Below are positions 1-11,553 of a stretch of 64,000 bases of DNA, piece after piece. Under the pieces are notes generated by a model. It searched no databases and had not been told where the DNA came from. It saw nothing but the letters and a program-made list of their open reading frames with translations. This DNA comes from Azolla caroliniana (taxonomy: Eukaryota > Plantae > Polypodiophyta): positions 23,436,001 to 23,500,000 of the forward strand of contig JBHGNT010000002.1 of the NCBI GenBank assembly GCA_043228905.1. Direction: 5' to 3'. The translations under genes and the position numbers were made by a program. Each line of letters begins with the position of its first letter. Positions within the stretch are counted from its first letter, which is position 1.

Positions 1-132
1 ACCAGTTCCAGCTAGCCGTGGAAAGCAGGGATATCACGACGATGGGAACTCCTCTCGGCCTAGTACGGATGTGTACCCTACCACAAGGCGGGACAAATTC
101 GGTGGCGCATATGGTGAACGCAATGAACAAAG
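1..132 (+). mobile_element. Gypsy-type retrotransposon RT fragment (Gypsy-A, 5' flank of the Copia insertion)
   Basis: Translates as QFQLAVESRDITTMGTPLGLVRMCTLPQGGTNSVAHMVNAMNK, the RT segment preceding YxDD. It is cut at the Copia LTR start (133). Confidence 0.8.
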
Positions 133-1064
133 TGTTGGGAGACATGTCCCTCCGGATGGAAAGGGAGAAGAACAATGTTGACGAATAATCTCGGCTGAGG
201 CTGATAGGCCGAAGCCGAAACCGGATGAAGAGTACCCGGCTACGGAGAGCCGTATGGTGCAGACCCGGTATGAACCGGATGAAGAGTACCCGGCTACGGA
301 GAGCCGGATGGTGCAGATCCGGTATGAACCGGATGAAGAGTACCCGGCTACGGAGAGCCGGATGGTGCAGACCCGGTGTGAACCGGATGAAGAGTACCCG
401 GCTACGGAGAGTCGGATGGTGTAGACCCAGTCTGAACCGGATGAAGAGTACCCGGCTACGGAGAGCCGGATGGTGCAGACGCGGTGTGAACCGGATGAAG
501 AGTACCCGGCTACGGAGAGTCGGATGGTGCAGACCCGGTATGAACCGGATGAAGAGTACCCGGCTACAAAGAGCCAAATGGTACAGACCCGGTATGAACC
601 GGATGAAGAGACATATTAGTAAATATGTTTCTGATAGTCCATTGCGGCTACATTTGTAAATAGCCGAAAAGTCATATTAGTATAAATATGACTTAGGGCA
701 AACTTTTAGATACCGTTGTTGTCATTCTTGTTGGTGCAAGAATAGAGAGTGTGCGTAACATTACAGAGAGAGAGTGAGAGAAAGAGGTCGTTGCCTCTGT
801 TGTAACCGCCGCCTATGGCGAAGATCGTGAGCACGAGGTCGTTGCCTTCGTGAACTCACTGTTTTGTACATTCCAACTTAGTGATAGTTTGCAGCCTGTG
901 GGCTGCCGTGGTTTTTCCCTCTTTGGGTTTTCCACGTAAACATTCTGTGTACCCTTTTTTATTCTCTCCTTTGTGTCACGCGTTTTATTTCCTGTTTTCT
1001 GTGTATCATTCTAAGCTCGGTTGTGGCCGAGCGTTGCGCATAAGGAACGTTGTAGTTCCCGTCA
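133..1064 (+). repeat. Copia 5' LTR containing ~7 copies of a 54-bp tandem repeat
   Basis: Starts TGTTGGGAGA and ends GTCA before the PBS. Unit GAACCGGATGAAGAGTACCCGGCTACGGAGAGCCGGATGGTGCAGACCCGGTGT. TATAAATA at ~681. Confidence 0.93.
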
Positions 1065-1093
1065 AGTGGTATCATAGCGAAACAACACAGAAA

Positions 1094-4000
1094 ATGGACG
1101 AATCGTTTAGCGGCATGTTCAAGCTCACCGGCTCCAACTATTCAGTGTGGAAGTCGAAGATGAGGGACATGCTCGTGGTTAAAGACCTCTAGCTGCCGGT
1201 TCAGTTCGGGGACAAGAGACCGGACAAAATCGACGCCGCGATATGAGAGGTGATGCACATGAAGACAACGGCGTACATACGGTGCTTCATCGACATGAGC
1301 CTGTACAACAACTTCAATGAAGAGAGCAAGGCTCATGAGCTCTAGGAGAAGATCGGCATAATGTTTCAAAACAAAAATGTTGTTAATCAGGTTTCGGTAT
1401 TCCGGAAGCTAGTAAGACTCCGGTACCAAGATGGCTCCAGCATGGCGGAGCACATGAATGCCTTCCAGGGGCTGATCCACCAGGCAACTTCATTGGAAGT
1501 ACCTCTCGCCGATGAGGTACTAGCGCTACTCCTACTCAGTTCCCTCCCGGATAGCTGGGAGACGTTGGCTGTCACTTTGGGCAACGCCGGACCGGAAGGA
1601 AAACGGTTATCCCTAGCAAGAGTAAAGTCGAGTTTGCTAGATGAGGAGGCGCGTCGAAAAGATAAAGATACGAGCTCCGACTCCAAAGCGCTCCTTACCG
1701 AATCGGAACGCGGAAGACAAAGAAACCGTAGTCCCCAGAACCGGGAGAAGTCGGGGACACGGTCAAAGTCAAGGGGGAAGCCCACTTGCTTCTATTGCGG
1801 CAAGCCGGGTCACTTCCAAAAGAACTGTCGGCATTTCCGTAAAGACAAGGAAACCGACGGTACCGATTCGAAGTGGACCCCGGACCGGAACGGTAAAGAC
1901 CAGAAGGGGACGGACCGGAAGGGAACGACGGCAATCGCGGCAAGTGAAGAGGAGTTGATGCTCATCACCGAGGAGAGTGAGATAAACCTTGTTGGCGACG
2001 AGATGACCTGGGTAGTAGACTCCGGAGCGTCGTTCCACCTTACCCCCGACCAGAAATGCTTCTCATCCTATTCAGCCGGTGATCACAACTGTGTCCGGAT
2101 GGGGAATGAAGGAACATGCCGAATTGTCGGCATAGGAGATGTGTGGCTGACAACACCAACCGGATGCAAGTTGCTGCTGAAGGATGTCCGACACGTTCCG
2201 GAAGTTCGTTTGAACCGGATATCAGCCGGTCGGCTAGATGATGAAGGCTACACGGGTAGCATCCGGAACGGTGTCATGAAGTTCAGCAAAGGGAGCCTGA
2301 TTATGGCTCGGGCCCGGAAGGTAAACACATTGTACCTGATGAATGCCCGGTTATGTCCGGAAGAAGTGAACGTGGCATCCGACACTGCCGGTGAGCTGTG
2401 GCACAAGAGGTTGTGTCACATGAGCGAGAAGGGGATGAAGAGGCTTGCAGACGACAACCTCATTCCAGTGAAGAACGTGCACTTGGAGAAGTGCACTGAT
2501 TGTCTGGCCGGTAAGCAAAACCGGACCTCCTTCCGACCAAGGCCACCGATGAGACGTAATGCACCACTGGAGTTGGTGCATACGGATGTGTGTCAGGTAG
2601 ACACGAAGTCACATGCCGGAGCGCAGTACTTCGTGACTTTCATAGATGACCACAACCAGAAGTTGTGGGCCACACCGTTGAAGTCGAAGGATCAGGTGTT
2701 ATCCGTTTTCAAAGAGCTCCACGCGAGAGTGGAAAGAGAAACCGGCCGGAAGCTGAAGGTGGTTCGAGCAGACAACGGAGGAGAATACCGGGGGCAGTTC
2801 GAGGAGTACTACCGCTCGAAGGGAATCCGGCTCGAATTTACCGTGCCGAAGACGCCGGAACTAAACGGATTGGTCGAGAGGATGAACCAGACCATAATGG
2901 AGAGGGTCCGGAGTATGCTAGCGCATGCAAAACTACCCAAGAAGTTTTGGGCTGAGGCACTGTCGACGGCCACATACGTGATAAACAGATCACCCTCAGT
3001 ACCCTTGGACGGAGACACGCCACAGAGAGTGTGGACCGGTAAGGAAGTATCCTACCGGCATCTAAAGGTGTTCGGGTGTCTCGCGTACATGCATGTAGCT
3101 AAGGACCGGAGAGGAAAGTTAGATCCAAAGACCCGACCATGCATATTCCTCGGTTACGGTGACAATGAGTTCGGCTACCGAGTGTGGGACCCGGTCGACA
3201 AGAAGGTATTCCGGAGTCGAGATATTATCTTCATGGAGGACAAGACGCTTGCCGACTGGGAGTCGGAGAAGAAGATAATGAACTCTGAGTCGACCGGTAA
3301 GGATCGACTCTACGATGAGCAGACCCAACCGGCGAGAGACCGGTTAGCACTCGAGGAACCAGCCGGTTACAGTGAGGATACTGAACCGGCATAAGAAGAG
3401 GTAGAGGAAGCTGAGACCGGAACAAGCCAAGACCACGAATCGGATTCGGATGAAGACCAAATGGAGGAGCCGGTTACCGAAGCCCGAAGACGTAAATATC
3501 CTCTCAGAGAGAGAAGGGCCCCCCGGAGATTTCCGGATGCAGAGCATGTTCTGCTGACCGATGAGGGGGAGCCGGAAAGCTTTGACGAAGTGAAGGAAGA
3601 CACCCACAGCCGAAAATGGTTAAGTGCCATGCAGGACGAGATGGATTCCCTGCATGAGAACCATACATACGAATTGGTGGAGTTGCCGAAAGGAAAGCGG
3701 GCACTCCAAAACAAGTGGGTGTACAAGTTGAAACCGGGAGATGCCGGCAACCCCCCGAGATACAAAGCCAGGATCATGGTGAAGGGGTTCCAGCAGAAGA
3801 AGGGCGTGGACTTCGACGAGATATTTGCCCCGATAGTAAAGATGACCTCCATCCGGACGGTGCTGAGTATAGCGGCAAGCATGGACCTTGAGGTAGAGCA
3901 GTTGGACGTGAAGACGGCATTCCTTCATGGCGACCTCGAAGAGGAGATCTACATGCAACAACCGGAAGGTTTCGTGGAGAAAGGGAAGGAGCACCTGGTA

Positions 4001-5140
4001 TGCCGGTTGAAGAAGAGCCTGTACGGACTGAAGCAGGCTCCCCGACAATGGTACCGGAAGTTCAACTCCTTCATGACCGATCAAGGGTACCACAAGACGC
4101 AGGCCGATCACTGCGTGTTTGTGAAGAAGTTCGAAGGAGGAGACTTCCTGATACTCCTTCTGTACGTGGATGACATGTTGATCGTCGGACATGATCAAGT
4201 CAAAATACGGATGCTGAAGAAGGCTCTCAACTGGACCTTCTCAATGAAAGACTTGGGTCAGGCAAGACAGATGTTGGGGATGCACATCATTCGGGACCAG
4301 TCAAAGAAGCAATTATGGCTGTCACAGGAGAAGTACGTGACAAAGGTGCTTCACCGGTTCAACATGTCAGAAGCGAAACCGGTCGGATCGACTCTTCCGG
4401 CAAACTGCAGGCTATCCGGTAAGCAAAGCCCTAAGACGAAAGCAGAAAAGGCGGATATGATGAAGATTCCATATGCCTCTACCGTCGGGAGCTTGATGTA
4501 CGCAATGGTTTGTACCCGACCGGACATAGGATACGCAGTCGGAGTGGTGAGCCGGTTCATGAGCAATCCCGGCAAGGAGCACTGGAACGCGGTCAAATGG
4601 ATACTCCGGTATTTGAAGGGCACTTCAAATATGTGTCTCCGATTCGGCTCCGGAAAGCCTCAACTGGACGGTTTCACCGATTCGGACATGTCGGTTGATG
4701 TGGATACCAGCCGGTCTACATCCGGGTATGTAATGACATATGCAGGGGGAGCTGTTTCGTGGCAGTCGAGGCTGCAGAAGACGGTTGCATTGGCAACCAC
4801 AGAGGCGGAGTACATGGCAGCTGTGGAAGCCGGCAAGGAAATCTTATGGATGAAGGACTTCATCGGAGAGCTCGGTATCCGGCAAGATGAATACCGACTC
4901 TATTGCGACAGTCAAAGTGCCATCCACCTTGCTAAGAATGCGGCCTACCATTCCTGGACGAAACATATCCAGCGGAGGTATCACTGGATCCGGGAAAGAG
5001 TAGATGACCAGGAGTTCACAATGACGAAGATCCACACGACCGAGAACGGGTCAGATATGCTGACCAAAGTGCTGACACCCGACAAGCTGGACGCATGCCG
5101 GAAGAGGATCGGACTGGAAAGACACCCCATGCCGAAGTGA
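1094..5140 (+). pseudogene. Copia gag-pol polyprotein, one frame interrupted by 4 nonsense codons
   Basis: ORFs starting at 1094, 1361 and 3461 share a frame. Motifs: CFYCGKPGHFQKNC knuckle, WVVDSGAS protease, LWHKRLCH/CTDC and DDE integrase, LYVDDML RT, FTDSD/TEAEY/DSQSA RNase H. Three stops in gag and TAA at 3392. Confidence 0.93.
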
Positions 5141-5150
5141 AGGGGGAGTT

Positions 5151-5944
5151 TGTTGGGAGACAGGTCCCTCCGGATGGAAAGGGAGAAGAACAGTGCTAAC
5201 GAACAATCTCGGCCGAGGCCGAAACCGGATGAAGAGTACCCGGCTACGGAGAGCCGGATGGTGCAGACCCGGTGTGAACCGGATGAAGAGTACCCGGCTA
5301 CGGAGAGCCGGATGGTGCAGACCCGGTGTGAACCGGATGAAGAGTACCCGGCTATGGAGAGCCAGATGGTGCAGACCCGGTGTGAACCGGATGAAGAGTA
5401 CCCGGCTACGGAGAGCCGGATGGTGCAGACCCGGTGTGAACCGGATGAAGAGTACTCGGCTACAGAGAGCCGGATGGTACAGACCCGGTATGAACCGGAT
5501 GAAGAGACATATTAGTAAATATGTTTCTGATAGTCCATTGCGGCTACATTTGTAAATAGCCGAAAAGTCATATTAGTATAAATATAACTTAGGGCAAACT
5601 TTTGTAGTGTTGTTGTCATTCTTGTTGGTGCAAGGAGAGAGAGAGCGCGTAACTGTGTACAGAGAGAGAAAGAGGTTGTTGCCTCTGTTGTAAACGCCGC
5701 CTGTGGCGAAGATTGTGAGCACGAGGTCGTTGCCTCCGTGAACTCACTGTTGTACATTCTAACATAGTGATAGTTTGCAGCCTGTGGGCTGCCGTGGTTT
5801 TTCCCCTTAGCTTGGGTTTTCCACGTAAACATCCTGTGTACTCTTCTCTCCATTGTGTCGTGCTTGCATTTCCCATTTTCTGTGTATGATTCTAAGCTCG
5901 GTTGTGGCCGAGCGTTGCGTATACGGAGCGTAGAGCTCCTATCA
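5151..5944 (+). repeat. Copia 3' LTR containing ~5 copies of the 54-bp repeat
   Basis: Direct repeat of 133-1064; follows the PPT; ends ATCA at 5944. Confidence 0.93.
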
Positions 5945-7474
5945 TGTCGGCACGGGTGTGTCGGGAAGATTGTGACGGACCGGGGAGAGCTGGAAGCGCG
6001 GGAAGCTGAGGAGCTGTTCGACCGGCTAGGCGTCAAACTCTCCCTCACTACGGCGTACAATCCGGAGGCGAACGGGAAGGTAGAACGTGGGCATGGGCCG
6101 ATCGTAAAAAGCGTTGGTGCGTGCATGCAGAGGGCAGGTCGGGAATTGGCCGCGGCTCCTTCCTTACGCACTATGGGCGGACCGAACTACGCACAGTTCG
6201 GTGACAGGGTTTATGCTGGCAGAGCTGATATACGGACAGAAGTCGATCATGCCGGTGGAACGAACGGTTTCTTCATGGGCGGCGGTAGATTGGAAGGACG
6301 AGATGAGCCGGGAGGAGTTGCTGGCGGCGCGGATTCGGCAACTCGAGCGAAGGCCGAAGGACGTGGAACGTGCGAAGGAAAAGCTGCGAGCGGCAAGGGA
6401 GCAGAACAAGACCCGGTTCAACCGGACGCACCGGTTGCGACCAAAGAAGATCGAGGAAGGCGACTGGGTCTTTGTATACGACAGCAGCCTCGACAATCAG
6501 CACAAGGCGGTGCGAAAGTTTGCCAGGAGGTGGTTCGGGCCCTACACGGTGACGAGCGCGAACGACAACAGCACGTACCACCTCGCGGAACTCGACGGGG
6601 CACGATTAGCGGTGTCGGTGGCCGAGAAGCGGATCAAAGCGTTCAAGAAGCAGTTCGAAGACGAGCCTGAGCCTGCGAGCGAGAGCGACAACAACGATCA
6701 GTTCGGGCCCGACAGAGAATCGGAGAACGAAGAGTGATGCCAGTTTTCTTCGATAACTACCCGTCTCTGGCGCATGCCAGTGGATGCGCGGTTTGGTGGG
6801 GGTGGATGTCGTGAAGAAAACCAACCATAGGCGGAATCAGAGAAAAAGGCGCATGAACCGGCTCTTACACGGATGGGCGCATATTTTGATATTTTGTACA
6901 CGATTCATAAATCGATCGGTTGATGTAAATACCAAGTAGTACACATTTATTAGGGGATTGTGCGTATCTCTGTCAAAAGGGACATGGAATAAAGCGATTC
7001 GACTAGGGATGGGAACTATAAAAAGGAAAAGAGAGAGGGGAGAGAAGGTATCGCGCGTTGGAGAGGACGAAGGGTTGCTGCAAATCTGAGGGCCGAGCTC
7101 TCTCTCTTCTCCTCCGACCATCGGTCTCTGTGGGTCGGGAGTTCGCTGCCTGTGCTTCGTGGATAGCCCGTGCGCTTCCAGCAGAGGCTCTCCCCCCCGT
7201 GTTTTTGTTTCTTGGAATCGAGTGAGTTCTGTTTGTGTGCGTGAGTAGGATCCCCGTGTCGGGTCCATCGCCGCCTTGCCGGTTGTAACCGTCAGAGTTG
7301 TAATCTCTTGTTATTGTAATCACGTATTCCGTTCTATATCTCTCCTTCTCGCTTCTGCGTGTCCACGAATCTCTCCCTCTCCCTCTCCCTCTCCCTCTCT
7401 CTCTCTCTCTCGCTCCTCAGTCCAAGACCCACGTGGTCCCGCCCTTCTACACGCACGCGCGTAACAACGCAACA
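5945..7474 (+). mobile_element. Gypsy-A integrase C-terminal half, PPT and 3' LTR (~6807-7474)
   Basis: IVTDRGE..TTAYNPEANGKVERGH integrase core, with a frameshift in an A-run near 6107, then LPYALWADRTT and RWFGPYTV (GPY/F). G-rich PPT is followed by TGTCGTG at 6807; the LTR ends ..CAACA at 7474, where another element's RT resumes. Confidence 0.85.
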
Positions 7475-10065
7475 CCGTCATTCGGGAGTGGGCGACTCCA
7501 ACTCGACTTAAAGATGTGCAATCCTTCCTTGGCTTCGCCAATTTTTACTATCGCTTCATCAAGGGGTTTTCCACTCTAGCCCATCCTCTTATCACCCTCA
7601 CACGCAAAGGTACTCCCTTTCTATGGACCTCGCGGCACAAAATGCGTTCGACTCTCTCAAATATGCATTCACCACTGCCCCCGTGCTTCTACATGCCGAC
7701 CCCACACGACCCTTCTAGGTCGAAATTGATGCCTTTGACTTCGCCATTGGTGCCATTTTATCCCAGGCCGATGACTCCAACATAATAATGCACCTAGTGG
7801 CTTACTACTCCCGCAAATTCACGGCATCCGAAATCAATTATCCAATATACGACAAGGAGCTTGTTGTTGTCATTGCGGCCTTTGAAGAATGGCGCCCCTA
7901 TTTGGCCGGAGCAACAACATCGTGTCAAGGTAGTGACTGATCATAATATTTCATTTTATTTTTCCACTACTCGTACTTTGAATCAAAGGCGGGCTCGTTG
8001 GTCAACATTTCTCGCCGACTATGATTTTGAGATCGTATTTCGACCTGGTGACCAACATGGGAAGGTTGATGCTCTTTCTCGTTGGCCCGAATTTACCATT
8101 CACCCCGGGGATGTCGCTCATGCTCAACAATCTTGTTGTTTGTTGAATCCCAACCAATTGCCTCTTTTTGCCACTTGTATGTTGTAGGATGATTCGTTAC
8201 TCCAACAAATCACCGATGCATCCACGACTAATGCATTTGCCAACGAGATTCAAGATAGTCTACAAAATTCCTCCAAGACGCCCAAAAGGACGAACCTTAA
8301 CCACTTCACCATAAAAGATGGTTTGTTATTCCGCAATCATCTCTTATATGTCCCAGAGGGCCCGTGTCGCACCCGGGTATTGCGAGAATGCCACGATGAC
8401 CCCCTTGCGGGTCACTTCGGAGTTGCAAAAACCCTCGAACTAATCTCTCGGGAGTACTGGTGGCCACAACCATGGAAGTTGGTCAAAGAATACATCAAGA
8501 CTTGTGAGGTTTGCGCTCACTCCAAAGTTGCTCATCATCGTCCATATGGCTTGCTCCAACCACTTCCATGCCCTTGTCGTCTCTGGGCCTCTATCTCTAT
8601 GGACCTCATAGCCGATCTACCCCTGGTCAATAGCTATGACTCGGTGTTGGTCGTTGTTGATCGGTTTACAAAGATGGTTCACTTCACTCCATGCTCAAAA
8701 ACCATTTCCGGTGAAGGAATGGTGCATCTACTCCTCAATAATGTCGTCTGTTTGCATGGCCTCCCCGATGATGTCATCTCTAATCGTGGACCCCAATTTG
8801 TCTCTCACTTCTAGCAGTGCCTGCTGCAAACTTTAGGCATCCCGGTTAAGTTGTCCTCCGCCTATCACCCTCAAACTGACGGTCAAACGGAGCGCGTCAA
8901 CCAAATCCTTGAGCAGTATCTTCGGTGCTCAGTTAGTTACCAACAAGATGATTGGTTCAACTTACTTTCATTAGCAGAACTTGCCTACAATAATTCTCTT
9001 CATGCATCGACTAGCGTCACTCCCTTCTTTGCAAACTACAGTTTACATCCTCGCTTCAACATTTCCCTCCCTACCACTTTTGTGAACTCTTCAACAGAGG
9101 GTCGAGCTCGGGTTTTAGAAGAGCTACATCATGACTTATCCTTGGAGCTTCATCTCGCTAGTGAACGATACAAGAAGCACGTTGATCGCCATCGCTCTGT
9201 CACTTCACCCTTTGTCGTTTGCGACATGATCTGGTTGTTACAACGACACATCTCTACTACCCATCCATGTGTGAAACTTGATTACAAGAAGTTGGGACCA
9301 TTCCGTATAGTTGAGCACATTAATCCCATCGCCTTTCGGCTAGCCCTTCCATCCCACTTCTGTATTCATGATGTTTTTCATGTCTCCCTCCTCGAGTCCC
9401 ATTATCTTTTACAAATCCCAGGACGCCAAGCCCCTCCACCACCCCCCTGTGGAATTGACGATAGGCGAGGAATACGAGGTCGACCAAATACTTGACTCAC
9501 GTTTGCATCGTCGACACCTGCAATACCTCGTCTTGTGCAAGGGTTACCCTTTGTCTGATGCCACGTGGGAACCCGCACAGAATTTACAAAATGCCCTGGA
9601 CGTGGTTCAAGATTTTCATCTTCGATATCCCCACAAACGGGCGACGGGTTTGGGAAGGCGGCGTAGGAGGGGAGATAATGTCACATCTAGGATGTGACTC
9701 GAACCTTTGACCTATAACAAACCCAATATGTAGTATTAGATAAACCATTCCCTTAAGTTATATGTAAATTGTATATGGTTAATATTGTATAGCCTAACAT
9801 ATAGAATATTCTAGTCTTTAGTATATTCTAGAAATGTTCTATGGTATATTCTACGTGAGTATATTCTAGAGATATTTCTCGGGTATATTCTAGAGATATT
9901 TCTTAGGTATATTCTAGAGATATTCAATCTCATAACTTGTATAAATATGTGTGTTCACCTAGATTATAATCAAGGTGAACAACACCAATTACAGAATCTT
10001 TCAATTAATCAACTCATCCCTTTGATTATCTTCTACTCTCTTGTGTATATTTTCTACCCGTGACA
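7475..10065 (+). mobile_element. Degenerate chromovirus (Tcn1-like Gypsy-B): RT end, RNase H, integrase, chromodomain, 3' LTR 9679-10065
   Basis: [13 protein letters not shown]; HDDPLAGHFG..CEVC; YHPQTDGQTERVNQ; chromodomain EEYEVDQILDSR..YLV..KGY..TWEP. PPT AGGAGGGGAGA; LTR bounded by TGTCAC...GTGACA. Many stops and frameshifts. Confidence 0.92.
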
Positions 10066-10240
10066 TCATCTGTCTCCAATAGGTGACCCACCTTCTCTTG
10101 GTCCAACGCCAACGCATCGACAGACTTAATAAACAATAGAACCTTGCTCGTATCAAACACGGTTTGATCTAATGCCGAGAGTTGGGCAAAGCACTTTTTG
10201 AACTCTTGGAGGAGCACCGATGTATTCCCCCATTTTCCGG
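10066..10240 (-). mobile_element. Probable retrotransposon gag-like remnant (host of Gypsy-B)
   Basis: Helical LLQEFKKCFAQLSALDQTVFDTSKVLLFIKSVD..EKVGHLLETDD, cut exactly at the Gypsy-B LTR end. The gag assignment is from recall of similar sequences. Confidence 0.5.
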
Positions 10241-10477
10241 GGGCTCTCAACACACTCCATGAACTCCTGCTTCGATAATTGGAGCGAGTCGTCAAAACCG
10301 TACCTTTCGAGGAGCCGCCCCTCGAATTCCGCCCAATTCCGGAGTTAGCCTGAACCTCGAGCACCTCCACATGGATGTTTGGTGGGTTAGGTTAACAGAG
10401 TTCAAGTTAGGTAATCTAATGGCATGATCACTATCCATGTTAGATGTCATTAGAATTTGCGGCACACACTTTTTGTG

Positions 10478-10800
10478 GATACAGATCGAAGGATGCAAAT
10501 CGCACGCGCGATTTCAAACATGTCATGCACTGTCCACGACTGTGATTTCCTCCTCAGGCATCTCTTTATTGTATGGCAGCAAATAGAAACGTTGATATGT
10601 AATAATAATAATTAGGTTTGGTGAGGAAATCTCGGACACGAACGGTGCAGAACATGTTTCGAGTGGCGTGCGTGCGATCTGCATCGTTCGATCTCTATCT
10701 ATAAAAAGCACGCGCTTAAAACTTAACCCGGGTCTAACGAGCCCCTCTCACATCTAACCCGGGTAGTGATGATGCCATTTGATTACCTAACCCGGGCAAT
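10478..10800. mobile_element. Two diverged TIR remnants related to the adjacent MULE (right-end type ~10478-10575; left-end type ~10600-10720 followed by TAACCCGGG motifs)
   Basis: GGTGAGGAAATCTCGGACACGAACGGTGCAG..GCGTGCGATCTGCATCGT resembles the MULE left TIR GGTGAGGGAATCGCGGCCACAGACGGTGCAG..GCGTGCGATCTGCACCGT. A mirror-oriented copy lies just upstream. Confidence 0.7.
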
Positions 10801-10978
10801 GTAATTACATATGCATACATACATACATACATACATACATATTTGCTATCCTGCACCAAATCATAAAGAGGGCTGGTGAGGGAATCGCGGCCACAGACGG
10901 TGCAGGTCGCCTAGAGGAAGGTGCGTGCGATCTGCACCGTCAGATTTCGATAAGGAAGAGCGCGCGAAAAAAAAAGTT

Positions 10979-11225
10979 GTCAGAGGTCGCCCAACTCTGA
11001 GTCGATGGTCACCCAACCCTGTCAGAGGTCACCCAACTCTGAGTCGATGGTCACCCAACCCTGTCAGAGGTCACCCAACTCTGAGTCGTTGGTCGCCCAA
11101 CCGAAATTGGTCACCCAACTATGACTGTTGCAAGTTGCCCAACCGTTTTAGGTCACCCAACCCTGACAGTTACAGGTTGCCCAACCGATTGGTCTCCCAA
11201 CCGTTGCAGGTCGCCCAACCAAATG
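10979..11225 (+). repeat. Left subterminal array: 3 x 42-bp unit plus dispersed GGTCNCCCAAC motifs
   Basis: Units start at 10979, 11021 and 11063; roughly a dozen CCCAAC motifs. Confidence 0.9.
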
Positions 11226-11269
11226 TATCATTCCAACCAAAATCTTCAAATAAGCTTGTTAATTACCCT

Positions 11270-11553
11270 TAAAACTTACAATAACATATCAAATAGTCAC
11301 AAAATTCAACCTTAAAATACTTAAAACCGACGATCTTTACCATACTTATGTTAAAACAAATAATCATATTAAAACATAAAAGTTGAAAGTTAAAAAACAT
11401 TTAAAACATAAAACGAAGAATGTAAACTTACAATAACATATCAAATAGTCACAAAATTCAACCTTAAATTACTTAAAACCGACGATCTTTACCATACTTC
11501 TGTTAAAACAAATAATCCTGGCAAAACATAAAAGTTGAAAGTTACCAAACATT
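11270..11553 (+). repeat. ~153-bp direct duplication downstream of the transposase
   Basis: AAACTTACAATAACATATCAAATAGTCACAAAATTCAACC.. occurs at ~11272 and ~11425. Confidence 0.85.

Larger units (their letters stand above)
133..5944 (+). mobile_element. Ty1/Copia LTR retrotransposon, full-length structure
   Basis: LTRs TG..CA at 133-1064 and 5151-5944; PBS TGGTATCATAGC (tRNA-iMet type) at 1067-1078; PPT AGGGGGAG just before 5151; domain order gag-PR-IN-RT-RH. Confidence 0.97.

Noticed and set aside
215-610. CRISPR-like appearance of the regular arrays (also 18231-18570 and 50610-51340)
   Set aside because: Eukaryotic context, no cas genes, and the units are tandem repeats without unique fixed-length spacers.
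225-659. 144-aa repeat ORF (and 5150-5555 equivalents)
   Set aside because: Artefact of the 54-bp LTR tandem repeat.
1387-5035. Antisense and alternative-frame ORFs over Copia pol
   Set aside because: Shadow ORFs of GC-rich coding sequence.
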